In this document: in pieces, positions 7,265-15,474 of the stretch
Layout of the letters: the number at the start of each line of letters is the position of its first letter
How positions within the stretch are numbered: position 1 is the first letter of the stretch
DNA from: Nocardioidaceae bacterium
Lineage (GTDB): Bacteria > Actinomycetota > Actinomycetes > Propionibacteriales > Nocardioidaceae
NCBI GenBank assembly: GCA_035456965.1
Contig: DATICF010000004.1
Location: 918-24,917 of the forward strand
Length of the DNA stretch: 24,000 nucleotides
Direction: 5' to 3'
Translations under genes and position numbers: made by a program
The notes under the pieces: model-generated
Databases searched by the model: none
Seen by the model: the letters and a program-made list of their open reading frames with translations, nothing else
What the model was told of the DNA's origin: nothing

Positions 7265-8739
7265 GCCTGGACCAGGTACGCGCCGTCGCCGACGCAGTGC
7301 TCTACGAGGGCTACCTCCTCTACCCCTACCGCGCCACCGCTCGCAAGAACCAGGCGCGCTGGCAGTTCGGTGTGCTCGGGCCTCCCGGGGCTGCGGAACG
7401 AGGTGCGGGCGAGGAGCCGGAGATGGCCGTCCAGTGCCTGCTCGCAGCGGCCGGCGACTCGGACAACCCGGCGGGCTACTCGCTGCGGATCCACGTGCGC
7501 TTCCTGCAGCTCCAGGTCCGCACCGTGGAGAGGTACGACGACCGGGGCGAGCGTTTCGTGCCGGTGGACGTCCTCACGGCCGGCGGCGAGCAGTGGCTGT
7601 CGTGGGACGAGGCCGTGGAGCAGGAAGTCGTCCTCGACTGCTCCGCCGACGACCTGCGGGAGGGGGTCTCCCACGACAGCGTCGTCGAGGGGCACGAGGA
7701 GGTCGAGGAGATCCCGTCGGCCGGGGGCCGGATCGTCCGGCGGCGCTGGCCGATGCAGGCCCGGGTGACCGCGACCGCGACGCAGGACGGTGAACTCGTC
7801 AGGCTCGAGGTGCGGGTCGCGAACGTCTCAGGGGAACGCCCAACGGATCCGGACTCCGGCTCCCCTGAGGCAGCGATCCGCACCTCGCTCATCGGCACCC
7901 ACCTGATCCTGGTCGCCGAAGGCGCGCGCTTCCTCTCGGTCGTCGACCCGCCGTTGCCTGCGGCGGCCGCCTCCAGGCGATGCACCCAGCACCGCTGCTG
8001 GCCCGTGCTGGCGGGGCCTCGACCCGAGACGAGCGGGTCGGCCGAGGAGGGAGACCAGGAGCGGGCAAGCAGTGCAGTCGTGCTCGCGTCGCCGATCATC
8101 CTCTACGACTTCCCCGAGGTCGCCGAAGAGAGCGCCGGTGCGCTCTTCGACGCCACGGAGATCGACGAGATCCTCACGCTGCGGGTCATGACGATGACCG
8201 ATGAGGAGAAGGCCGAGGCGCGAGCAACCGACCCGCGGGCCCGCGAGATCATCGACCGCTGCGACAACCTGCCGGCTTCGGCGCTGCAGGAGCTGCACGG
8301 AATCTGGCGCAACCCCCACGCCGACCCGAGCGCCGACCCGCACGGCGCACGCGACGTCCGCGAGGTGGAGCCGCCCACCTTCGGCGAACCGGAGGTGCCC
8401 TGGTGGGACCCGGCTGCGGACGAAGCGGTGCGTCCCGAGCTCGACGTCGTGACCATCGACGGCGTACCGGTGTCCAAGGGCAGCCTGGTGCGCGTGCATC
8501 CTTCCCGGCGCGCCGACGCCCAGGACCTGTTCTTCGCCGACCAGGTGGCGCGGGTCACCGCGGTGCTCTCCGACGTCGACGGCGGGGTGCACGTCGCCCT
8601 CGTACTGGCCGACGACCCGGGCGCCGACCTGCACGACTGGTACGGCCGCTACTGGTACTTCGCCCCGGACGAGCTGGAACCCCTGACCGGCCACGACGCG
8701 GAGCCGACATCACCCGAGCACCGGTCGAGCAGCCACTGA
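7261..8739 (+). CDS. Conserved hydrogenase-cluster protein of unknown function, 492 aa
   Basis: ATG 7261 in an ATGA overlap with the upstream gene, GGAGG 6 nt upstream. Clean ORF with strong GC3 bias. I recognise no catalytic motif. The C-terminal ~90 aa (VVTIDGVPVSKGSLVRVHP...VHVALVL...WYGRYWYFAPDELE) looks like a small beta-barrel. Confidence 0.7.
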   Translation: MSLDQVRAVADAVLYEGYLLYPYRATARKNQARWQFGVLGPPGAAERGAGEEPEMAVQCLLAAAGDSDNPAGYSLRIHVRFLQLQVRTVERYDDRGERFVPVDVLTAGGEQWLSWDEAVEQEVVLDCSADDLREGVSHDSVVEGHEEVEEIPSAGGRIVRRRWPMQARVTATATQDGELVRLEVRVANVSGERPTDPDSGSPEAAIRTSLIGTHLILVAEGARFLSVVDPPLPAAAASRRCTQHRCWPVLAGPRPETSGSAEEGDQERASSAVVLASPIILYDFPEVAEESAGALFDATEIDEILTLRVMTMTDEEKAEARATDPRAREIIDRCDNLPASALQELHGIWRNPHADPSADPHGARDVREVEPPTFGEPEVPWWDPAADEAVRPELDVVTIDGVPVSKGSLVRVHPSRRADAQDLFFADQVARVTAVLSDVDGGVHVALVLADDPGADLHDWYGRYWYFAPDELEPLTGHDAEPTSPEHRSSSH

Positions 8740-8764
8740 CCGAACAACGAGAGGAGAGTCGATC

Positions 8765-8884
8765 GTGAGGAAAGTCGGAAAGGTGACCACGTTCGTGGTC
8801 CTCGCCGCCGTCTGCGCGGCCGCTGTCGTCGGCGTCCGGTCGATCCCGGACATCAAGCGGTACCGCCACATGCGGCAGATGTGA
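8765..8884 (+). CDS. 39-aa single-pass membrane micro-protein in the hydrogenase locus
   Basis: Below the track's size cut-off. GTG 8765 has GAGGAG 8 nt upstream. Product: VRKVGKVTTFVVLAAVCAAAVVGVRSIPDIKRYRHMRQM, one hydrophobic helix followed by a basic tail. It fills the only sizeable gap in the operon. It resembles ~40-aa actinobacterial small proteins (DUF6893-like, from memory, unverified). Confidence 0.5.
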   Translation: MRKVGKVTTFVVLAAVCAAAVVGVRSIPDIKRYRHMRQM

Positions 8885-8912
8885 CGGAGCCGTGTGAAGG
8901 CGGGGTGACGCG

Positions 8913-11837
8913 GTGACTCAGGGCCGGAGCAGGTCGAACCCACGGGTCCTGGTGGCGGGGGTCGGCAACCTCTTCCTGAGCGACGACGGCTTCGGGTCCG
9001 AGGTCGCTCGGAGGCTGCTGGCCGAAGGCGACCTGCCCGGGAACGCGCTCGTCGTCGACTACGGGATCCGGGGGATGCACCTGGCGTACGACCTGCTGGA
9101 CGGCTACGACGGCCTGGTCATCCTCGACGCCGTTCCCGGGGAGGGTGTGCCCGGCGACGTCAGTGTGCTGGAGGTGGGCCGGGACGATCTCGGCTCGGGG
9201 GAGCTCGACGCCCATGGCATGAACCCCGTCGCCGTGCTCGCGAACCTCGAGCGGCTCGGGGGCACCCTGCCGCCGACGTACGTCGTGGGGTGTCGCCCCG
9301 CCACCGTCGAGGACGGCATCGGCCTGTCCCCGGCGGTCGAGGCGGCTGTGCCGGTAGCGGTCGAAACCGTGAGGCGGCTGCTCGGCAACCATCTCTCCGG
9401 CGACCACGCCCCTGCCGCGTCGATACCGGACGGGTCGGCGGCGGTCGGGTCGGCGGACGTTACGAGGCCGGCCGACCACACCGACGGCACGAGCCGCATC
9501 CGACGCAGGTACGAGATCTCCGGGGTGGTGCAGGGCGTGGGCTTCCGGCCCTTCGTCTACGTCACCGCCTCCGAGCTCGCGCTCACCGGCTCGGTCGCCA
9601 ACGACGTGGCAGGGGTGGTGGTCGAGGTCGAGGGCGAGCCCGGGGCGGTAGCTGAGCTCGGCCGGCGTCTGGCCGACGACGCGCCGCCGCTGTCGGTGGT
9701 GGAGAGCATCCACGAGACCGAGCTCGAGCCTCTGGGGGGCACCGGGTTCACCATCGAGGAGTCCACCGGCACGGGAGACAAACGCACCCTCGCCTCCCCC
9801 GACGTGTCGCTGTGCTCGGACTGCCTGCGAGAGATGTGCGACCCGGAGAACCGGCGGTACCGACATCCATTCATCACCTGCACGAACTGCGGCCCCCGCT
9901 TCACGATCATCACGGACCTGCCCTACGACCGGGCGACCACGACGATGGCCGCCTTCGAGATGTGCCCCGCGTGCCGTCGGGAGTACGACGACCCTGCCGA
10001 CCGTCGCTTCCACGCGCAGCCCATCGCCTGTCCAGACTGCGGTCCGCGCCTGGAACTGGTGACGAAGGACGCCACCGCACCCCTCGTGGACGGGGACGCG
10101 CTCGCCGCCGCGCGCGTGCGCCTGGCCAACGGAGGGATCATCGCGGTCAAGGGCCTCGGGGGCTACCACCTGGCCTGTGATGCCGGCAACGAGAAGGCAG
10201 TGGCCGAGCTGCGACGGCGCAAGCAGCGCGGCGACAAGCCGTTCGCGGTGATGGTGCGCGACCTCGAGACCGCGCACCGGATCGTCGACCTCGCCCCGGA
10301 GGAGGGGCAGTTGCTGGGTGGTGTCCGAAGGCCGATCATGCTCACCGGGCGCGTCGCCGCGGACGGCGCGGACGAGGGTCTCGTCGCCCCGTCGGTGGCC
10401 CCGGGCAACCCCGACCTCGGTGTCCTGCTCCCCTACACCCCCCTGCACGTCCTGCTGTTCGGACTCCCTGGCGACGAACCCGGTCCGCCCGTGCTCGTGA
10501 TGACCTCCGGCAACCTGTCGGGAGAGCCGATCGTCACCGACGACGCGGAGGCACGGACACGACTCAATCCTCTCGTCGACGCGTGGCTGATGCACGACCG
10601 GCCCATCCACGTGCCCTGCGACGACTCCGTCGCGCGGGTCGTCGCCGGCGCCGAGCTGCCGATTCGCAGATCGCGCGGCTACGCCCCATTGCCGATCGCG
10701 CTTCCCTTCGAGGTCGACCCGACCCTTGCCGTGGGCGCTGACCTGAAGAACACCTGCGCTCTCGCGAGCGGCCGGTACGCCTGGGTCAGCCAGCACATCG
10801 GCGACATGGACGACCTCGCCACCCTCGACGCGTTCTCCGCGACCGAGCAACACCTCGAGCGCCTGACCGGTGTGGCGCCCGGGCTGCTCGTCTCGGACCA
10901 GCACCCCGGCTACCGGTCCACCGCCTGGGCCACCTCCCATGCACAGGGTCGCCCCGTCCGAACCGTGCAGCACCACCACGCCCACGTCGCCTCGGTCATG
11001 GGCGAGCACGGCCTCGGCCACGACGAGCCGGTGATCGGCTTCGCCTTCGACGGCACGGGGTTCGGCACCGACCAGGCGGTGTGGGGCGGCGAGGTCCTCG
11101 TCGCCGACTACAAGGGATTCCGCCGCGCGGCCCACCTCGCCTACGTCGCGCTCGCCGGCGGCGACACCAGCGTGCACCGGCCTTACCGGATGGCGCTCTC
11201 GCACCTGCGCACCGCGGGGCTCGACTGGGACGACGACATCCCCGCTGTTGCCGTCTGCCCGGCCGCGGAGCGCCGCGTGCTCGCCCACCAGCTCGAGACC
11301 GGCTTCGGCTGCGTCCCGACCTCGAGCATGGGACGGCTCTTCGACGCCGTCGCCTCTCTGGCCGGGGTGCGGCATGTCGTGGACTACGAGGCCGAGGCAG
11401 CCATGGAGTTCGAGGGCCTGGCCCGCTCTGCGCGCCCGCTGGCGGACGGCGGATCGCCGCGCCGCTCCCCCGGCACGCCCTACGCCTTCGCCGTCACCCC
11501 TGGTACGACGGACGGGCGACCCGCCACAGCGGAGGCCGGCCCCCTCATCCGGGCCGTCGTCGACGACGTCCGGGCAGGCGTGCCGGCGAGCACGATCTCG
11601 GCGCGCTTCCACCACGCCGTCACCCGGCTGATCGTCGACCTCGCCGATCTGGCCCGCACCGAGACGGGGCTGACTACCGTCGTACTCAGTGGTGGTGTGT
11701 TCCAGAACGCGTTGCTGCTCCACGCATCCTCCGACGCGCTGAGTGAGCGCGGCTTCACAGTCCTGCGGCCCAGACTCCTGCCGCCCAACGACGGCGGCAT
11801 CGCCCTCGGTCAGATTTTGGTCGGCGCGTCCGGCTGA
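8913..11837 (+). CDS. hypF: In-frame fusion of hydrogenase maturation endopeptidase (HupD/HybD family) with carbamoyltransferase HypF
   Basis: 974-aa ORF from GTG 8913. Residues 1-160 are the endopeptidase: VLVAGVGNLFLSDDGFG, ILDAV, DAHG (the Asp/Asp/His metal triad). A ~33-aa linker (9393-9491) has no stop and no in-frame ATG/GTG/TTG. HypF follows: acylphosphatase ISGVVQGVGFRPFVY; zinc fingers CSDC...CTNCGPRF and CPAC...CPDCGPR; YrdC-like KGLGGYHLACDA; C-terminal PNDGGIALGQ. Confidence 0.88.
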   Translation: MTQGRSRSNPRVLVAGVGNLFLSDDGFGSEVARRLLAEGDLPGNALVVDYGIRGMHLAYDLLDGYDGLVILDAVPGEGVPGDVSVLEVGRDDLGSGELDAHGMNPVAVLANLERLGGTLPPTYVVGCRPATVEDGIGLSPAVEAAVPVAVETVRRLLGNHLSGDHAPAASIPDGSAAVGSADVTRPADHTDGTSRIRRRYEISGVVQGVGFRPFVYVTASELALTGSVANDVAGVVVEVEGEPGAVAELGRRLADDAPPLSVVESIHETELEPLGGTGFTIEESTGTGDKRTLASPDVSLCSDCLREMCDPENRRYRHPFITCTNCGPRFTIITDLPYDRATTTMAAFEMCPACRREYDDPADRRFHAQPIACPDCGPRLELVTKDATAPLVDGDALAAARVRLANGGIIAVKGLGGYHLACDAGNEKAVAELRRRKQRGDKPFAVMVRDLETAHRIVDLAPEEGQLLGGVRRPIMLTGRVAADGADEGLVAPSVAPGNPDLGVLLPYTPLHVLLFGLPGDEPGPPVLVMTSGNLSGEPIVTDDAEARTRLNPLVDAWLMHDRPIHVPCDDSVARVVAGAELPIRRSRGYAPLPIALPFEVDPTLAVGADLKNTCALASGRYAWVSQHIGDMDDLATLDAFSATEQHLERLTGVAPGLLVSDQHPGYRSTAWATSHAQGRPVRTVQHHHAHVASVMGEHGLGHDEPVIGFAFDGTGFGTDQAVWGGEVLVADYKGFRRAAHLAYVALAGGDTSVHRPYRMALSHLRTAGLDWDDDIPAVAVCPAAERRVLAHQLETGFGCVPTSSMGRLFDAVASLAGVRHVVDYEAEAAMEFEGLARSARPLADGGSPRRSPGTPYAFAVTPGTTDGRPATAEAGPLIRAVVDDVRAGVPASTISARFHHAVTRLIVDLADLARTETGLTTVVLSGGVFQNALLLHASSDALSERGFTVLRPRLLPPNDGGIALGQILVGASG

Positions 11838-11859
11838 TGGCCAGATAGGAGGAAAGCCC

Positions 11860-12168
11860 ATGTGTCTCGCGGTTCCGGGACGAGTTCTCTCGGTCGAGGA
11901 ACGAGACGACACCCTGATGGCCGAGGTCGACTTCGGCGGGGTGCGCAAGGACGTCTGCTTGGAGTACATCCCGGACGTCGAGGTCGGTGAGTACGTGGTG
12001 GTCCACGTCGGGTTCGCCATCCAGCGGCTCGACGAGAAGTCCGCCATGGAGACACTGTCCAACTTCGAGAAGCTCGGGATCCTCGAGGAGGAGTTCGGCG
12101 ATGGTTTCGAGCTGGCCGCAAAGCAGGCCGGCGAGCACACCGTTGCGCAGGAGGGAGCCTCGTCATGA
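11860..12168 (+). CDS. hypC: HypC/HupF-family hydrogenase assembly chaperone (copy 1, extended C-terminus)
   Basis: Track ORF 11743..12168 trimmed to ATG 11860 (GGAGGAAAG upstream). N-terminus MCLAVPGRV has the essential Cys2. [12 protein letters not shown] motif. At 102 aa it is about 20-25 residues longer than copy 2. Confidence 0.88.
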   Translation: MCLAVPGRVLSVEERDDTLMAEVDFGGVRKDVCLEYIPDVEVGEYVVVHVGFAIQRLDEKSAMETLSNFEKLGILEEEFGDGFELAAKQAGEHTVAQEGASS

Positions 12169-13268
12169 AGTACCTGGACGAGTTCAGCAACCCCGAGCTG
12201 GCCAAGCGGCTGCTCGACCAGATCCACGCGGTCACCACCCAGCAATGGGCGATGATGGAGGTCTGCGGCGGCCAGACCCACTCGATCATCCGGCACGGCA
12301 TCGACCAGCTGCTCCCCGAGGGCGTCGAGATGATCCACGGTCCCGGCTGCCCGGTGTGCGTCACGCCGTTGGAGATCATCGACAAGGCGCTCGAGATCGC
12401 CAAGCGGCCCGACGTCGTCTTCTGCTCGTTCGGGGACATGCTCCGGGTACCCGGCAGCAGCCAGGACCTGTTCCAGATCAAGAGCGAGGGCGGTGACGTC
12501 CGCGTCGTCTACTCACCCCTCGACGCCCTGAAGCTGGCCCGGGCAAACCCCGACAAGCAAGTCGTGTTCTTCGGCATCGGCTTCGAGACCACCGCCCCCG
12601 CCAACGCCATGACCGTGTACCAGGCAGAGCGCCTGGGCGTGAAGAACTTCTCCCTGCTCGTCTCGCACGTGCTCGTGCCACCCGCCATCGCGGCGATCAT
12701 GGAGTCACCGACCTGTCGGGTGCAGGCTTTCCTTGCAGCAGGCCACGTCTGCAGCGTCATGGGCACTCAGGAGTACCCACCGCTGGCGGAGAAGTACAAG
12801 GTCCCGATCGTGGTCACCGGCTTCGAGCCGCTCGACATCCTCGAGGGGATCCGCCGCACCGTCGTCCAGCTCGAGGAGGGCAGGCACGAGCTCGAGAACG
12901 CCTACCCGCGGGCAGTGCGCGAGGAGGGGAACCTCCCGGCGAAGCAGATGCTCCTCGACGTGTTCGAGCCGACCGACCGGACCTGGCGGGGCATCGGGAT
13001 GATCCCCCAGAGCGGCTGGAAGCTCTCGCCGAAGTACCGCGAGTTCGACGCCGAGGAGCGCTTCGCGGTCGGCGACATCCGCACCGACGAGTCACCCCTG
13101 TGCCGGTCCGGCGAGGTCTTGCAGGGCCTGATCAAGCCGCACGAGTGCGCGGCGTTCGGCAAGCAGTGCACGCCGCGCAACCCGCTCGGGGCGACCATGG
13201 TCTCCTCCGAGGGCGCTTGTGCCGCCTACTACGCCTACCGCCGCCTGGAGCTGGTGGACGCGACATGA
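12165..13268 (+). CDS. hypD: Hydrogenase maturation Fe-S protein HypD
   Basis: ATGA overlap with hypC. Motifs [35 protein letters not shown]. 367 aa. Confidence 0.95.
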   Translation: MKYLDEFSNPELAKRLLDQIHAVTTQQWAMMEVCGGQTHSIIRHGIDQLLPEGVEMIHGPGCPVCVTPLEIIDKALEIAKRPDVVFCSFGDMLRVPGSSQDLFQIKSEGGDVRVVYSPLDALKLARANPDKQVVFFGIGFETTAPANAMTVYQAERLGVKNFSLLVSHVLVPPAIAAIMESPTCRVQAFLAAGHVCSVMGTQEYPPLAEKYKVPIVVTGFEPLDILEGIRRTVVQLEEGRHELENAYPRAVREEGNLPAKQMLLDVFEPTDRTWRGIGMIPQSGWKLSPKYREFDAEERFAVGDIRTDESPLCRSGEVLQGLIKPHECAAFGKQCTPRNPLGATMVSSEGACAAYYAYRRLELVDAT

Positions 13269-14365
13269 CCGACTCGATGGAACGGACCGAGATCATGGAA
13301 GGCACAGAGCCCCTCGACTTCGAGGGCTGGGTCTGCCCCATGCCTCTGCGCGACTCCCCCACGATCGTCATGGGTCATGGCGGTGGTGGCGCGATGTCGG
13401 GAGAGCTGATCGAGCAGCTTTTCCTGCCCGCGTTCGGTGAGGCCGCCTCAGCGGCGGATCTGGGCGACGCGGCCGTGGTGAGCGTCAACGGCGGGACCCG
13501 GCTGGCGTTCTCCACCGACTCGTTCGTGGTGAAGCCGATGTTCTTCCCCGGCGGGTCGGTAGGCGACCTCGCGGTCAACGGGACCGTCAACGACCTCGCG
13601 ATGGTGGGCGCCACCCCGCTGTACCTCTCCACTGCGTTCATCGTCTCCGAGGGCACCCCGATGAGCGACCTCGGCCGGGTCGCGAACGCCGTGGGCGCCG
13701 CTGCCAGAGCCGCCGGCGTCGGACTGGTCACCGGTGACACCAAGGTCGTCGACAGCGGCAGCGGCGACGGCGTCTACATCAACACCGCAGGCATTGGCGT
13801 GCTCCCCGACGGCGTCGACATCCGGCCGAACCGTGCCGCGGTCGGCGACGCCGTGATCATCAGCGGCGACATCGGCGTGCACGGCGTGGCAGTGATGAGC
13901 TGCCGCGAAGGCCTCGAGTTCGGTACGACGGTCGAGAGCGACACCGCCGCGCTGCACGGGCTGGTGGCTGCGATGGTCGACACGGGCGCCGACATCCACG
14001 CATTGCGCGACCCGACGCGTGGCGGCGTGTCCGCGACGCTGAACGAGATCGCCCGCGCCTCGGGGGTCGGCATCGATCTGGTCGAGCAGCACCTGCCGAT
14101 CCCCCAGATGGTCAAGGACGCCTGCGGCCTGCTCGGGCTGGACCCGCTGCAGGTGGCCAACGAGGGCAAGCTGCTGGCGATCGTCCCCGCCGAGTCGGCC
14201 GACGAGGTGCTCGAGGCGATGCGACGCCACCCCCTCGGTGCAGGAGCGCAGCGGATCGGCACGTGCACCGACGAGCACCGGCGCATGGTCGTGGCCAGGA
14301 CCGGCCTCGGCGGCACCAGGGTGATCGACCTGCCCATCGGCGAGCAGCTGCCGCGGATCTGCTGA
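13265..14365 (+). CDS. hypE: Hydrogenase maturation carbamoyl dehydratase HypE
   Basis: Track ORF 13100..14365 trimmed to ATG 13265 (ATGA overlap with hypD). AIR-synthase-like fold motifs ([22 protein letters not shown]) and the diagnostic C-terminal PRIC. Confidence 0.93.
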   Translation: MTDSMERTEIMEGTEPLDFEGWVCPMPLRDSPTIVMGHGGGGAMSGELIEQLFLPAFGEAASAADLGDAAVVSVNGGTRLAFSTDSFVVKPMFFPGGSVGDLAVNGTVNDLAMVGATPLYLSTAFIVSEGTPMSDLGRVANAVGAAARAAGVGLVTGDTKVVDSGSGDGVYINTAGIGVLPDGVDIRPNRAAVGDAVIISGDIGVHGVAVMSCREGLEFGTTVESDTAALHGLVAAMVDTGADIHALRDPTRGGVSATLNEIARASGVGIDLVEQHLPIPQMVKDACGLLGLDPLQVANEGKLLAIVPAESADEVLEAMRRHPLGAGAQRIGTCTDEHRRMVVARTGLGGTRVIDLPIGEQLPRIC

Positions 14366-14395
14366 ACAGCTCGCTCGAAAAGGAAGGAGAAGCCC

Positions 14396-14644
14396 ATGTG
14401 CCTCGGCATCCCGGGTCAGGTGGTGCAGATCCTCGACGAGCACGACGGCCAGCTCGCGCTCGTCGACGTACAGGGAGCGCGGCGGAAGGTGAACCTCGGG
14501 ATCCTCGACGCACCGCCGACCAGCGGCGACTGGATCCTGATCCACATGGGCTTCGCCATGGAGGTCATCGACCTGCCCCGCGCCGAGCAGGCGCTCTCCG
14601 GACTGGAGACGATGGGGCGCTCCCGGGAGGCGGCCGATGGCTGA
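14396..14644 (+). CDS. hypC: HypC-family hydrogenase assembly chaperone (copy 2)
   Basis: ATG 14396 with AAGGAAGGAG upstream. MCLGIPGQVV N-terminus, GDWILIHMGFAM motif, 82 aa. Confidence 0.9.
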   Translation: MCLGIPGQVVQILDEHDGQLALVDVQGARRKVNLGILDAPPTSGDWILIHMGFAMEVIDLPRAEQALSGLETMGRSREAADG

Positions 14645-15455
14645 GCGACAAGCCCACGCTGCGGGTGCTCCCCGACCGGCCACGCTGGACGCGGCCCCCG
14701 GCCCGCTGCTGTTCGCGCGCTACGCGTTCCCCCCGAACTCCCACGGCTACTGCGGCCCCGGCGACCACGAGGCGTTCTTCGCCTACGGGGTCTCCGGGAT
14801 CGACGACGGGCTGCGTGCGCTTGCGCGGCAGTTCGAGGGCGCCTGGCCCTACCTCGAGCTGATCGCGGCCTCGACCGCGATCGACGACCCGCTGGACCGT
14901 CGCGTCGTCGAGGCCTACTGGGTGGGCAGCCCGCGACTCGAGCTCGTGGGCACTCGCGCCGTCGGTGACTCCGTCGACGAGCGGTTCCGGAAGATGGCCG
15001 GGGCCTCCTTCGCCACCTTGACCCAGAGCGTCCTGGCCGGCGGGGTCCCCCACCACAGCTTCGCGGTGTTCTGCATCTACCCGTGGACCGGGCTGCTCCA
15101 GTCGGGTCGCGGCGGCGAGCACGCCTTGCACGTGCTCGATCGTTGCCGGATCCGGTGGGGCAAGGTCCTCGCCGTCCAGGGCGACCAGGTCGTCGTGGAG
15201 AGCCAGCCGCTGACCTGGGACGGTCGCCGGCTCGGTCTCGGCGAGACATGCACCGAGACGGTCGTCCGTTCTGTCGACGGGGTCGGCATGGTCACCGACC
15301 TGCATGAAGGCGACCTGGTCTCGCTGCACTGGGAGTGGGTCTGCGACCGCCTCACGGCTCGGCAGGTGCGACTGCTGAAGGAGTACACGCAGCGACACCT
15401 GCGGATCGTCAACGAGGACCTCCATCCTGGACCGGCTCGCCTGCTCGACGGCTGA
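14637..15455 (+). CDS. Conserved hydrogenase-cluster protein of unknown function (DUF6390-like, from memory) with a HypC-like C-terminal region
   Basis: ATG 14637 overlaps the hypC2 stop by 8 nt, with GGGAGG upstream. 272 aa. C-terminal DRCRIRWGKVLAVQGDQVVVES...GDLVSLHWEWVCDRLTARQ parallels HypC's MCLGIPGQVVQI...GDWILIHMGFAMEVIDLPRAEQ (alignment by eye). Confidence 0.7.
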   Translation: MAERQAHAAGAPRPATLDAAPGPLLFARYAFPPNSHGYCGPGDHEAFFAYGVSGIDDGLRALARQFEGAWPYLELIAASTAIDDPLDRRVVEAYWVGSPRLELVGTRAVGDSVDERFRKMAGASFATLTQSVLAGGVPHHSFAVFCIYPWTGLLQSGRGGEHALHVLDRCRIRWGKVLAVQGDQVVVESQPLTWDGRRLGLGETCTETVVRSVDGVGMVTDLHEGDLVSLHWEWVCDRLTARQVRLLKEYTQRHLRIVNEDLHPGPARLLDG

Positions 15456-15474
15456 GCCCCGACTCTCGGGGTCA
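15453..15474. terminator. Short hairpin spanning both convergent stop codons (possible bidirectional terminator)
   Basis: TGAgCCCCGA-ctc-TCGGGGTCA: a 6-bp GC stem, extendable to 9 bp with one bulge. It includes the TGA of the + gene and the TCA (reverse TGA) of the - gene. There is no U-tract. Confidence 0.3.

Noticed and set aside
8853-12338. 1161-aa ORF on the minus strand, antisense to the protease-HypF fusion and hypC
   Set aside because: Same reasoning: the sense strand carries complete HupD, HypF and HypC motif sets, and the antisense translation is Arg/Gly/Pro/Val-rich with no domain signature.
13448-14683. 411-aa minus-strand ORF (plus several 100-300-aa ones at 1905-2813, 5352-6515, 7828-8694, 14416-15491, 21655-22656 and 22664-23504)
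   Set aside because: All are antisense to well-supported + strand genes and have junk-like composition. They are GC-driven shadow ORFs.
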